The notes beneath the pieces were generated by a model that searched no databases, had not been told where the DNA came from, and saw only the letters and a program-made list of their open reading frames with translations. Below are positions 9,164-18,566 of a stretch of 61,100 nucleotides of DNA, one piece after another. The DNA is from Methanobacteriota archaeon (lineage in GTDB: Archaea > Halobacteriota > Methanomicrobia > Methanomicrobiales > Methanospirillaceae). The stretch lies in NCBI GenBank assembly GCA_029555345.1, contig JAKPSJ010000136.1, positions 1-61,100 on the forward strand. Direction: 5' to 3'. The position numbers and the translations under genes were made by a program. Each line of letters begins with the position of its first letter. The stretch's first letter is position 1.

Positions 9164-10321
9164 ATGATGGAGATCATGGAGGGCTCGCACGCCGTCGCCA
9201 ACGCGGTGCGGATGTGCAGGCCGCAGGTCATAGCGGCGTACCCGATCACGCCGCAGACCCACATCGTGGAGGCCCTTGCCGAGATGGTCGCCGACTGCAG
9301 GCTGGACGCCGAGTACATCACGGTGGAGAGCGAGTTCTCCGCTCTCTCTGCGTGCCTGGGGGCATCCGCGGCAGGGTCACGCGTCTATTCGGCGACGACG
9401 TCGCAGGGCCTGGCGCTGATGTTCGAGGTGTGCTTCAACACCGCGGGGTTGCGCCTCCCGGTCGTCATGTCCATCGTCAACAGGGCCCTCGGTGCCCCGC
9501 TCTCGATCTGGAACGACCAGCAGGACTCGATCGCCCTCCGGGACTCGGGGTGGCTCCAGTTCTATGCCGAGGACAACCAGGAGGCGACCGACCTCCATTA
9601 CGTCGCCTACCGGGTCGCGGAGGACAGGCGCGTCCTCCTGCCGGCATTCGTCTGCTTCGACGGGTACATCCTCTCCCACACCTACGAACCGGTCGAGATG
9701 CTCACGGAGGAGCAGGTCGACAGATACCTGCCCAAATACAGGCCTGTCCATCGCCTGGACAGCGCCGACCCGATCTCCATCGGCCTCTTTGCATCCCCCG
9801 ACTACTACACGGAGTTCCGGTACCAGATCGACCAGGCGGTGAAGGGGTCGATGCAGGTGATCCGGGAAGCCGGACGGCAGTTCGGGGAGATGTTCGGGAG
9901 GGACTACGCGAGCCCCGTGGAGGAGTACCGCATGGACGACGCAGACTGTGCGATCGTTGCCATGGGGTCGATCTGCGGGACCGCGAAGGACGCGATCGAC
10001 GAGATGAGGAAGGAGGGCCGGAAGGCAGGCCTCCTCCGGATACGGACGTTCCGGCCGTTCCCCGCGGAGGAGGTCAGGAAAGCCCTCTCCGGTGTCTCGA
10101 GCGTCGCCGTCCTCGACAAGAACATCTCTCTCGGCTCGAAGGGGGCCGTGGCGCTCGAGGTCAGGGACGCCCTCTATGGCAGCGGGGTCCCGGTCCTCGA
10201 CTACATCATCGCTCTCGGGGGAAGGGACGTGGCAAAGAAAGACATAAAATCTGTCGTAGATATGGCGGCGGCCGGGAAAGGGGACCTGTTCTACGGCCTG
10301 CGCGAGGAGGTGCTGCGATGA
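9164..10321 (+). CDS. porA: Pyruvate:ferredoxin oxidoreductase alpha subunit
   Basis: 385 aa; AYPITPQT motif; full-length resemblance to PorA. Confidence 0.95.
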   Translation: MMEIMEGSHAVANAVRMCRPQVIAAYPITPQTHIVEALAEMVADCRLDAEYITVESEFSALSACLGASAAGSRVYSATTSQGLALMFEVCFNTAGLRLPVVMSIVNRALGAPLSIWNDQQDSIALRDSGWLQFYAEDNQEATDLHYVAYRVAEDRRVLLPAFVCFDGYILSHTYEPVEMLTEEQVDRYLPKYRPVHRLDSADPISIGLFASPDYYTEFRYQIDQAVKGSMQVIREAGRQFGEMFGRDYASPVEEYRMDDADCAIVAMGSICGTAKDAIDEMRKEGRKAGLLRIRTFRPFPAEEVRKALSGVSSVAVLDKNISLGSKGAVALEVRDALYGSGVPVLDYIIALGGRDVAKKDIKSVVDMAAAGKGDLFYGLREEVLR

Positions 10322-11211
10322 CAGGAGAGCAGTGTTCCCTCTTCGAATCGGGGCACAGGGCATGCGGCGGCTGTGCGGCGGCGCTCGCGGCACGGACGAT
10401 CCTCGATGCTGCCGGGCGGGACACGATCGTCGTCTCGGCGACGGGGTGCATGGAGGTCTTCTCCACGCCCTACCCCGAGACTGCCTGGAATGTCCCCTGG
10501 ATCCACTCGCTCTTCGAGAACAACTCGGCAGTTGCATCCGGGATATCCGCCGCCCTCAAGAAGCAGGGGCGGAAAGAGAAGGTGATCGCCATCGGCGGGG
10601 ACGGGGCCTCTTTTGACATCGGGATGCTCTGCCTCTCCGGGGCGTTCGAGCGCGGCCACGACTTCGTGTACATCTGCTACGATAACGAGGCCTACATGAA
10701 CACCGGGATCCAGCGGTCGGGTGCGACCCCGTACGACGCGAGCACGACGACGAGCCCGGCCGGGAAGTGCTCCACGGGGAACCCCAGGCCCAAGAAGGAC
10801 CTGCCGGCGATCCTCGCGGCCCACGGCGCACCCTACGTGGCAACGGCAACGGTCGCTTACCTCCCGGACCTGAAGAAGAAAATCAGGAAGGCCCTCGATA
10901 CGGAGGGGCCCTGCTACGTGCAGGTCCATGCGCCCTGCTGCACGGGCTGGGGGTTCGAGAGCGAAAAGACGATCGCAATCGCGAGGCTCGCGGTCGAGAC
11001 CGGGCTCTTCGTCAGTTACGAGATGGAGAACGGGCAGGTGACCCGTGTCAAGAAGGTCGTCAGGAAACCCGTCGAGGAGTACTTGAAGGAGCAGCGCAGG
11101 TTCCGCCACCTCTTCCGCCCGCAGAGGAACGACGCAGAGATCGCAAAGATCCAGGCCATCGCGGACAGGAACGCGGAGAAGTTCGCGATCGACATCGTGC
11201 TGAAGAAGTAG
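10318..11211 (+). CDS. porB: Pyruvate:ferredoxin oxidoreductase beta subunit (TPP-binding)
   Basis: ATG at 10318 overlaps the porA stop (ATGA). [18 protein letters not shown] and [11 protein letters not shown] motifs. The 5' part of the 665-aa ORF is an out-of-frame artefact over porA. Confidence 0.95.
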   Translation: MTGEQCSLFESGHRACGGCAAALAARTILDAAGRDTIVVSATGCMEVFSTPYPETAWNVPWIHSLFENNSAVASGISAALKKQGRKEKVIAIGGDGASFDIGMLCLSGAFERGHDFVYICYDNEAYMNTGIQRSGATPYDASTTTSPAGKCSTGNPRPKKDLPAILAAHGAPYVATATVAYLPDLKKKIRKALDTEGPCYVQVHAPCCTGWGFESEKTIAIARLAVETGLFVSYEMENGQVTRVKKVVRKPVEEYLKEQRRFRHLFRPQRNDAEIAKIQAIADRNAEKFAIDIVLKK

Positions 11212-11215
11212 TACC

Positions 11216-11222
11216 CTTTTTT
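11216..11222 (+). terminator. Oligo-T tract after porB (archaeal intrinsic terminator candidate)
   Basis: A T7 run starts 5 nt after the porB stop. Confidence 0.4.
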
Positions 11223-11495
11223 TGGCACTTCGCTATTTTAAGTGGGTCATTGAGTACGAGTGGTGACTGCCGCCCCCACATCCCCCGTGCGATGCACCCC
11301 GCCGCCCCCGGAGGGCGCCCCGGTGGCGGTCCAGGGACTGGCAAAATCGGTGACTACCCCGCCAAGATTTCAGGTGTGGTCAGCCGGAGATCAATGTACC
11401 TACTCGAAACGACGAAAAGTGAATAAATCGTTGCCCGCAATTGCCGGCAGGGGAGCTGGTGGGAGTGCCTGTTTCCCGTTCCCATCGGGCCCTCT

Positions 11496-12965
11496 TCAAT
11501 CGTGACCCTTCGCTGGTTCTGCAGGAGCAACATAGGTGTCGCTCCAGGCAGGCATCGGGCCCCTCATATAGGAGATGACAGCCGCCACCATGCTGATGAC
11601 GAAGGAGATGAAGAAGGCGATCTGGAGGTCCGATATGAATACATCCACCAGTATACCCTCGCTCCCCACCTGGGCGCCGATGAAGAGCGCACTCATCGCC
11701 TCCTCCGTGAGCCCGGACGAGAGGATTGCAAAGGCCATCGCGATGCTCAGCATGGAGCCTGCATTGTTCATCATGGTCCTCGTGCCGGCGGCGATACCCC
11801 TCCGCTCGGGCGGCACCATGCTCATGATCGTATTGGTATTGGGCGAGTTGAACAAGCCGGACCCTATGCCGACCACGGCCCCCCATACCACGATCTCCAT
11901 GATGGACATGTCCACCCTGGTGAACATGGTGAAACCGAGCAGGCCGATGCCGGTGATGACCAGGCCGAGGGTGCTCAGTTCCCTCGAGCCGTACCTGTCG
12001 GACCACCTGCCGCTGATGGGGGCCATCACCATCATCGTCAGTGCGAAGGGCGCGAGGTAGATGCTCGCGGTGAACGGGTCCATGCTCTTGATGCCGAGCA
12101 GGTAGAAGATCAGGAGGAACATCAGGGCGCCCCTCGCGATGCCGTTCATCAGGCTCGAGGCATACGCGAAGACCTGGATGCGGGTCTGGAAGAGCCTCAG
12201 GTCGAGCATCGGCTGCTCCGCCCTCGACTCGATGTAGAAAAAGAGCGGCAGGAGAATGGCGGCGAGCACGAAGAAGGCGAGCACCAGCGGAGACGTCCAC
12301 CCATCGAAACCACCTTCGGTCAGTGCAAAGAGGAGGAAGAACATGCCCGAGGTGAAGGTGACGGCGCCCGGCCAATCGAAGCGCTGGCCCTTCGGCAGCG
12401 GAGCGATGTCCCTGATCTGGAACAATGCCCACAGGGTCACGATCGCGCCGAGGGGCACGTTGATGTAGAAGACCCACCTCCACCCCAGTGCAGTCGTCAA
12501 TACGCCTCCGATGATAGGGCCCATCACGGACCCGATCGCCAGCACCATGCCGTTCACTCCGAGGGCCATCCCGAGCTCTCCCCTCGGGAACGCATCGGTC
12601 ACGATGGCGGTGCTGTTCGCCATCATCAGGGAACCGCCGACCGCCTGCACGATCCTCATGATAAGCAGCTGGAGACCGCTCTGCGACATTCCTGCGAACA
12701 GGGAGAAGACGGTGAATACCGCAGCACCCAGCACGAAGAGGTTCTTTCTGCCGATCATATCGGCGACCCGCCCTATCGAGGGGACGAGCACGGTGGTGGC
12801 GAGCATGTAGCTCATCAGGACCCAAATGACGAGCAGCATGGGTGCATTGAGATCTGCCGTGATATCCGGGAGCGCGATCAGCAGCGCGGTGCCGGTCATG
12901 ACACCCAGCAGCAGCCCCAGGTTCGTGGCAGAGAGGGCGAGCCACTTGTATTCCAGCTTACTCAT
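11496..12965 (-). CDS. MFS transporter (DHA2/EmrB-like drug:H+ antiporter family)
   Basis: 489 aa with about 14 TM helices. GRVADMIGRK MFS loop motif. Confidence 0.85.
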   Translation of the reverse strand: MSKLEYKWLALSATNLGLLLGVMTGTALLIALPDITADLNAPMLLVIWVLMSYMLATTVLVPSIGRVADMIGRKNLFVLGAAVFTVFSLFAGMSQSGLQLLIMRIVQAVGGSLMMANSTAIVTDAFPRGELGMALGVNGMVLAIGSVMGPIIGGVLTTALGWRWVFYINVPLGAIVTLWALFQIRDIAPLPKGQRFDWPGAVTFTSGMFFLLFALTEGGFDGWTSPLVLAFFVLAAILLPLFFYIESRAEQPMLDLRLFQTRIQVFAYASSLMNGIARGALMFLLIFYLLGIKSMDPFTASIYLAPFALTMMVMAPISGRWSDRYGSRELSTLGLVITGIGLLGFTMFTRVDMSIMEIVVWGAVVGIGSGLFNSPNTNTIMSMVPPERRGIAAGTRTMMNNAGSMLSIAMAFAILSSGLTEEAMSALFIGAQVGSEGILVDVFISDLQIAFFISFVISMVAAVISYMRGPMPAWSDTYVAPAEPAKGHD

Positions 12966-13651
12966 GCGTTATCGCCGCTCTGGAAGAGTGCCTGGCAGAA
13001 CACCCTCACCCTCTCCGAAGCCCCTGGCATCAATGGCGTACCGTGGCCGCTGAGCAGGACATCGTACTCGAGTCCAGTCAGTTTTCTCAGCGATCGGATG
13101 GCCAGGTCCATGTCGGGCGTGAACGGCTCCGGCGGACCCTGCAACCGGCCATCCAGGAACCTGATGGCATCGCCGGCAAAGAGGATCCCCCTTTCTTCGC
13201 TGTAGAGGGAGATACTCCCGGGCGTGTGCCCCGGGAGATGGATCACTTCGAGTCCATCGATCGCATCTCCCTCTCTCAATAACACATCCGGCTCGGTGTA
13301 CTCGGTTTGAAAAGAGGACATGGCTTTTTGCGTCGCCTCGTCCAACCCTTTCGGGAGCGGGAGCTCTTCCCTGCCCGCAACGAAGGGAGCATCCTTCTCG
13401 TGGACGAGAAGCCTTGCGCCAGTCGATCGTTTGAGTGCACGGACATTCCCCGTGTGGTCGACATGGCAGTGCGTGAGGACGATATTGCGGATATCCGAGG
13501 GTTTCCTGCCCAATCCATCGATACAACTGAGGATCCTGCCTGCGTTGGAAGGCAGGCCCGTGTCCACGAGAGTGAGGTGATCGGGAAATTCCAGGATGTA
13601 GACGTTCGCTTCTACCCCCTCGACCTGATGCACACCAGGGACGAGTCTCAT
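12962..13651 (-). CDS. MBL-fold metallo-hydrolase
   Basis: HCHVDHTG (HxHxDH) motif. ATG at 13651 is preceded by GGAGG; alternative ATG at 13681. The stop overlaps the MFS start (ATGA). Confidence 0.85.
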   Translation of the reverse strand: MRLVPGVHQVEGVEANVYILEFPDHLTLVDTGLPSNAGRILSCIDGLGRKPSDIRNIVLTHCHVDHTGNVRALKRSTGARLLVHEKDAPFVAGREELPLPKGLDEATQKAMSSFQTEYTEPDVLLREGDAIDGLEVIHLPGHTPGSISLYSEERGILFAGDAIRFLDGRLQGPPEPFTPDMDLAIRSLRKLTGLEYDVLLSGHGTPLMPGASERVRVFCQALFQSGDNA

Positions 13652-14004
13652 GTGATTTCCACCCTCCTTTACTCTTTCCATTCTCCGGTTTCGAGATTCT
13701 CCATGCAATTCGAAATGCTTTAAAAAGTTCGGATGAGCCCTCCATTGCAGAGAATACACAGTAGTTCCCGTATGCTGGGTATCACAATGGGTTCAATTTT
13801 GGCCCCTTTTAGGGCTATCTACGGAATATAGTATCTGTTTTTCACTTTTATCTACATTTTGACTATCCATACCTGGCTCTTTTCCATTTCGAGCGGGTCG
13901 TCGAGTACTGGTGACGCCGGCCCCGGGGAACGCCCCCTGCCGATCTTGTTGCATACGCAGTATTTTTATTTTGGCATGGGATTACCGTATCCTGGGGAAT
14001 AACG

Positions 14005-14415
14005 ATGGGCGCTGCCGGGCACAGGGTCCTCTTCATGGACGACGACGAGGGGATATGCGATATCGTCAGCGTGTTCCTTCGCAGTCTTGGGTACCGCGTC
14101 GAGGTCGCGAAGGACGGCGGGCGCGCAATAGAACAGTACAGGAAGGCGGTGCAGGAGGGGGACCCCTTCCGTGTCGTCGTCCTCGACCTCTCCGTGAAGG
14201 CGGGAATGGGTGGCATCGAGACGCTGCAGGAGTTGAAGGCGGTCGACCCGGGGGTGAAGGCCATCATCACGACGGGTTTTACCGGTGACCCCATCTGCTC
14301 CAGTTACCGGGAATACGGTTTTATCGCGGCGCTGCCGAAACCGTTCGAAATCAGGGAACTGGACGGGGTCCTCCGGGAAACCATCTCCCAGGGTTCTGAT
14401 CAGGGGGGCATGTAG
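14005..14415 (+). CDS. Stand-alone response-regulator receiver (CheY-like)
   Basis: DDDE acidic pocket, VVVLDLS phospho-acceptor Asp, and a conserved Lys in ALPKPF. Confidence 0.85.
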   Translation: MGAAGHRVLFMDDDEGICDIVSVFLRSLGYRVEVAKDGGRAIEQYRKAVQEGDPFRVVVLDLSVKAGMGGIETLQELKAVDPGVKAIITTGFTGDPICSSYREYGFIAALPKPFEIRELDGVLRETISQGSDQGGM

Positions 14416-15023
14416 CCCCTTCTCCAGGTGAGGAGGAACGGGACGAGCATGACGACCGCAATGACGGCCCAGAAGTTGGCGAAGAGGTACAGGAGGTCCT
14501 CCCGCTCCTTCTCGTAGAACCGAACCTCCGCGGTACGTGTTGCGTTCCACGAAATTTCCGTGCCTCCCTCCGGGAGGTCCGAGACGACCGCCCCGGTGCT
14601 GACCATGCCGAGGGCGGGGTTGCGGACGTCGTAGCCGGGGGGAAGGACGATGCTCACCTGGTGGGGTTGGTCGAAAACCGCCACGAAGTGGTGGTCGTGG
14701 ACAGGGCCCTGGAAAGAGAGCGTGTAGTTCCCCCTCGGGAACTGTATGATGGCGTCTCCTCTCCATGAGAACCCGCAGGGAGAACACGCACCCGACAGGG
14801 CCACGCCCCCGACCTTCAGGGGGACCCTCTCCCCGATGAGCCCGGGCTCGTAGAACCAGTAACTGTCGGCATCCACGAGCTCGATGGACGCCGAGAAGGC
14901 CGTCCCGTTCGGGAGGATCGTGTACTCTGCCCGGCTCGCGGCACCGGGCAGGATCACGAGGAGGACTGCAATGCAGAGAGCAGCGAGGGCAGGTCCGCGT
15001 CGATCTCCAGCGGTGCTGCGCAT
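14400..15023 (-). CDS. Hypothetical secreted protein with a C-terminal TM anchor
   Basis: ATG at 15023 gives a signal-peptide-like N-terminus (MRSTAGDRRGPALAALCIAVLLVILPGAASRA). C-terminal TM is FWAVIAVVMLVPFLL. The start overlaps the thrC 3' end. Confidence 0.6.
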   Translation of the reverse strand: MRSTAGDRRGPALAALCIAVLLVILPGAASRAEYTILPNGTAFSASIELVDADSYWFYEPGLIGERVPLKVGGVALSGACSPCGFSWRGDAIIQFPRGNYTLSFQGPVHDHHFVAVFDQPHQVSIVLPPGYDVRNPALGMVSTGAVVSDLPEGGTEISWNATRTAEVRFYEKEREDLLYLFANFWAVIAVVMLVPFLLTWRRGYMPP

Positions 15024-16165
15024 TGCCGAATCACCGTCTCCGGGTCCTTGAGGAGGTGCCCGGTCACCACGCACACGATCGTCTCGTCCCTGTCGATGAC
15101 ACCGGTCTCGACGAGTTTCTTTGCGCCGGCGACCGAGGCCGCAGATGCCGGCTCCACGCCGATCCCCTCCTTCTGCGCGAGGTCACGCTGCATCGCCAGT
15201 ATCTCGTCGTCGGTCACCGCCTCGGCGCAGCCCCCTGTCTTCCGGATTGCGGCGAGCGCCTTCTCGGCATTGACCGGGGCCCCGATGCGGATCGCGGTCG
15301 CGACCGTCTCTGGCCTGGGCTCGGGCTCGACTTCGGGGAGCCCCTCGCGGATCGCCCGGACGACGGGTGCCGACCCCTCTGCCTGGATGCCGGTCATCAT
15401 GGGCATCCCCTCCATGAGCTCCAGCTGCGAGAGTTCCACGAACCCCTTGTACACTGCGGAAATATTCCCGGCGTTTCCGACCGGGAGCACCACCCGGTCC
15501 GGGGTTTCCCGGAGCTGGTCGAGGACTTCGAACCCGATCGTCTTCTGCCCCTCGAGCCTGAACGGGTTCACGGAGTTCAGAAGGTAGAGGCCTTGCGTGA
15601 GGCACAGCTCGTGCACCATCTCGAGCGCCCGGTCGAAGTTCCCGCGGATGGAGAGCACCCGCGCACCGTGCATCAGCGCCTGGGCGACCTTGCCGAGGGC
15701 GACCTTTCCTGCCGGCAGGAGGACGACTGCAGGGATCCCTGCACGCGCCGCGTAGGCCGCGAGGCTCGCGGAGGTGTTCCCCGTGCTCGCGCAGGCGACA
15801 GACGTCATCCCGAGCTGGAGCGCCATGCTCACGCCGACCGTCATCCCCCTGTCCTTGAAGGACCCCGTCGGGTTCATGCCCTCGTGCTTTGCATAGAGGC
15901 GGGGGACGCCCATCTCCTCCCCGATGCGGGCGAGGTGGTAGAGGGGGGTCCCGCCCTCCTGGAGGGTGACGGGCGGAATCGAGACGGGCAGGAGCTCGCG
16001 GTAGCGCCAGACGGAGAGCGGCCTCCTCTCCCACTCCGACCTCTCGACGGGGATCGCATCGAGGTCGTACTCGACGGCCAGCAGGTGGCCGCACCGCGTG
16101 CAGTTGTAGATGACCTCGCCGGGAGGATAGCGGGCCCCGCACCCGACGCACACGAGACGATACAT
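14954..16165 (-). CDS. thrC: Threonine synthase
   Basis: ATG at 16165 (MYRLVCVGCGARY... N-terminal Zn ribbon). SFKDRG PLP-lysine motif. Confidence 0.95.
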   Translation of the reverse strand: MYRLVCVGCGARYPPGEVIYNCTRCGHLLAVEYDLDAIPVERSEWERRPLSVWRYRELLPVSIPPVTLQEGGTPLYHLARIGEEMGVPRLYAKHEGMNPTGSFKDRGMTVGVSMALQLGMTSVACASTGNTSASLAAYAARAGIPAVVLLPAGKVALGKVAQALMHGARVLSIRGNFDRALEMVHELCLTQGLYLLNSVNPFRLEGQKTIGFEVLDQLRETPDRVVLPVGNAGNISAVYKGFVELSQLELMEGMPMMTGIQAEGSAPVVRAIREGLPEVEPEPRPETVATAIRIGAPVNAEKALAAIRKTGGCAEAVTDDEILAMQRDLAQKEGIGVEPASAASVAGAKKLVETGVIDRDETIVCVVTGHLLKDPETVIRQCAAPLEIDADLPSLLSALQSSS

Positions 16166-16256
16166 GTACCATGGTAATCGCGCTCCGAGCGTAAATAGGA
16201 GGCGGACAGCCGGGGGATGCCAGGTCTGCCCGTGGTTTCCCCCCGTGCTTCGATCC

Positions 16257-17048
16257 TCACCGGCGCGGATCGCCCGGCAGGGAAAGGCCCGGGTGGCGGT
16301 CTCTCCTGGCAGGGAGTGCCGAGCGGGCCCTCTCGACAATATCCCTGCTCAACTCGCAGGAGTACACCCTCTCCTCCGGCCCGGCAGAAAGGAGGAGTGT
16401 CCCGGTCGGGTCTGCAACCATCGTCCCCCCCTCGTAGGTGTCGACGGGTGTCGCACCCGTTGCGTTGATCCCGGCGACGTACACCTGGCATTCGAGAGCC
16501 CGTGCCCGGATGAAGAGCTCCCAGTGGGAGAGGCGGGACGCCGGCCAGGCCGCGGGGACGAGGACCGCGTCGGCCCCGGCATCGGCATACAGTGCAAAGA
16601 GCGGTGCGAACCGGAGGTCGTAGCAGATGGCGATACCGAGCGTCATTCCCGCCAGGGGGAACGTCGCGATGGTACTCCCTCTCTGGAAGGCCCGGTCCTC
16701 CCCTGCCGGGGAGAAGAGGTGGCACTTCGAGTATTCAGCGAGGAGCTCCCCTCCTGCAGAGATCACGACGCAGGTATTCTCCGGGCGCGGACTCGATCTC
16801 TTCCGCAGGGACCCGAGTATTGCAATGGAATACTCCTCGGCGAGGGACCGGAGCTTCCTGACGAGGGGGCCGTCGATGTCCTGGACGTGCCGCAGGGAGG
16901 CAGGGTCCCACCCGGTCGCGAACTGTTCGGAAAAACAGACGAGGTCTCCCCCCTCCCGGGAGGCCCGGGCTATGCAGTGCTCGGCCCGGGCGAGGGTGGC
17001 ACCGGGGTCTTCCCAGGCGCTCCGTACCTGTGCGCAGCACAGTCTCAT
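16257..17048 (-). CDS. Carbon-nitrogen hydrolase (nitrilase superfamily)
   Basis: ATG at 17048 (MRLCCAQV). E-K-C triad context: CFSEQF, KCHLF, AICYDLRF. Confidence 0.85.
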   Translation of the reverse strand: MRLCCAQVRSAWEDPGATLARAEHCIARASREGGDLVCFSEQFATGWDPASLRHVQDIDGPLVRKLRSLAEEYSIAILGSLRKRSSPRPENTCVVISAGGELLAEYSKCHLFSPAGEDRAFQRGSTIATFPLAGMTLGIAICYDLRFAPLFALYADAGADAVLVPAAWPASRLSHWELFIRARALECQVYVAGINATGATPVDTYEGGTMVADPTGTLLLSAGPEERVYSCELSRDIVERARSALPARRDRHPGLSLPGDPRR

Positions 17049-17140
17049 ACTCGATAAACAAAGGGCAGGAAACACCATGAGGTTTCCCGGTGGCGCGTGC
17101 GGCAGCACGTGCCGGAAAAGCGGAGAGGTGGGCGGAGACG

Positions 17141-17590
17141 TCACTCGTAGAGCGAGGGTTCGTCGACCCGCTTGTAAGCAACGATCTCCTCCGGTGAGAA
17201 GTGGAGCGATATCTCGCGGGCTGCGCTCGCAGGGGAATCGGAAGCATGGACGACGTTCCTTCCGGTGTCGAGCGCGAGGTCACCGCGGAGCGTCCCGGCG
17301 GCAGCCTCCGCCGGGTTCGTCGACCCGATCATCCTCCGGACCACGGAGACCGCGTCCCTCCCTTCCCAGACCATCAGGAAGCAGGGACCGCTCTCGATGA
17401 AATGGCACAGCGAGGGGAAGAAAGGCTTCCCGATGTGCTCCCTGTACTGTTCCAGGACCCTCTTTTCGGGGACCTTCTCCAACTTCGCTGCAACGAGCTT
17501 GAGGCCCTTTCTCTCGAACCGCCGGACGACCTCGCCGACCAGCCCCCGGGCTACCCCGTCGGGCTTGACCATCGCGAACGTGCGGTCCAA
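17141..17590 (-). CDS. ndk: Nucleoside diphosphate kinase
   Basis: TTG start. FAMVKPDG and NVVHASDS active-site His motifs. Confidence 0.95.
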   Translation of the reverse strand: MDRTFAMVKPDGVARGLVGEVVRRFERKGLKLVAAKLEKVPEKRVLEQYREHIGKPFFPSLCHFIESGPCFLMVWEGRDAVSVVRRMIGSTNPAEAAAGTLRGDLALDTGRNVVHASDSPASAAREISLHFSPEEIVAYKRVDEPSLYE

Positions 17591-17596
17591 GGGGTC

Positions 17597-17788
17597 TCAC
17601 TCCTTCCCGGCGGCCTTCCGCCCGGCCTGTGTCCACGGGACCCGCCTGGGCGCCCTGCCGAGCCGGAAGTTGTTCTGGCATTTCGTGCTGCAGAAGTAGA
17701 AGACGGACCCGTCCTTGCGCACGAACATCTTTCCCGTGCCCGGTTCGATGGGTCCCCCGCAGAAACTGCAGTTTCTCTGTTCGACCAT
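17597..17788 (-). CDS. rpl24e: 50S ribosomal protein L24e
   Basis: ATG at 17788 ([19 protein letters not shown]...). Confidence 0.9.
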   Translation of the reverse strand: MVEQRNCSFCGGPIEPGTGKMFVRKDGSVFYFCSTKCQNNFRLGRAPRRVPWTQAGRKAAGKE

Positions 17789-17796
17789 GGTTGCGT

Positions 17797-18006
17797 TCAC
17801 CGCCTGGAGAGCTTCTTTGCCTCGCGCTCGGTCTCGAGGAGCATCAGGACGTCACCCTCGCGGATCGGACCGACCGTGTTCCGCGTGATGATCCTCCCCT
17901 TGTTCGGCCCGTCGAGGATCCTGCACTTCACCTGCATGGCCTCCCCATGCATCCCGGTGGAGCCGATCACCTCGATCACCTCTGCGGGCGTCCCTTCGTC
18001 GGCCAT
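17797..18006 (-). CDS. rps28e: 30S ribosomal protein S28e
   Basis: 69 aa; [27 protein letters not shown]... Confidence 0.9.
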   Translation of the reverse strand: MADEGTPAEVIEVIGSTGMHGEAMQVKCRILDGPNKGRIITRNTVGPIREGDVLMLLETEREAKKLSRR

Positions 18007-18013
18007 CGTACCC

Positions 18014-18382
18014 TCACGCTCTCAGTTCGCTGACCTGCTTGACGATCTCATCGACCAGTTCCTTTGCCTTTCCCGGCTTGACAATGGCTGCAGCAGCCGA
18101 TCCCACGTCAAGCCCGCTGGCGGTCCCGATGTCGTTCTGCTTGTTGATGTAAAGGAACGGGATCTTCTTCTCTTCGCAGAGCGGGGGGAGGTGCATGACG
18201 ATCTCCTCGGGTTCCACGTCGGCCCCGATGAGAACGAGTGCGGCGATGCTGCGTTCGATGGCCTTCGTTGCCTCGTTCGACCCCTTCTTGATCTTCCCCG
18301 TCTCCCTCGCTACCTCCAGAGCCTCGAGTGCCTTGTTCTGGATCTCTTCAGAAACCTGGAATTTGACATATGACTTTGCCAT
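18014..18382 (-). CDS. rpl7ae: 50S ribosomal protein L7Ae (K-turn binding)
   Basis: 122 aa; [14 protein letters not shown] motif. Confidence 0.95.
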   Translation of the reverse strand: MAKSYVKFQVSEEIQNKALEALEVARETGKIKKGSNEATKAIERSIAALVLIGADVEPEEIVMHLPPLCEEKKIPFLYINKQNDIGTASGLDVGSAAAAIVKPGKAKELVDEIVKQVSELRA

Positions 18383-18516
18383 GACTCACCTCATTCAGGA
18401 GTTGCGTAGTCCTCCTTCATCACTCATCAGCCAGTATCGACGATGTAGCCATATCAATTCGACAGATGCAGGCATAAATGTTTGGAGGAACCCTGTTCTC
18501 GACGGATTTCTGGCAT

Positions 18517-18538
18517 GAAAACTGCGTTCGCAGTTTTC
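18517..18538. terminator. Perfect 10-bp inverted repeat between the envelope operon and rpl7ae (terminator or insulator candidate)
   Basis: gaaaactgcg tt cgcagttttc, located 29 nt downstream of the YYY-protein stop on the minus strand. Confidence 0.3.
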
Positions 18539-18566
18539 ACCAAATGGGCCTGGGATGTGGGTTTCA

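Noticed and set aside
11230-11495. GC-rich 260-nt non-coding stretch after porB (ccgcc...ggcgg pairings), considered as a structured RNA
   Set aside because: I could not derive a consistent extended secondary structure by eye and recognised no motif. It may be a 3' UTR or a convergent terminator zone shared with the MFS gene.
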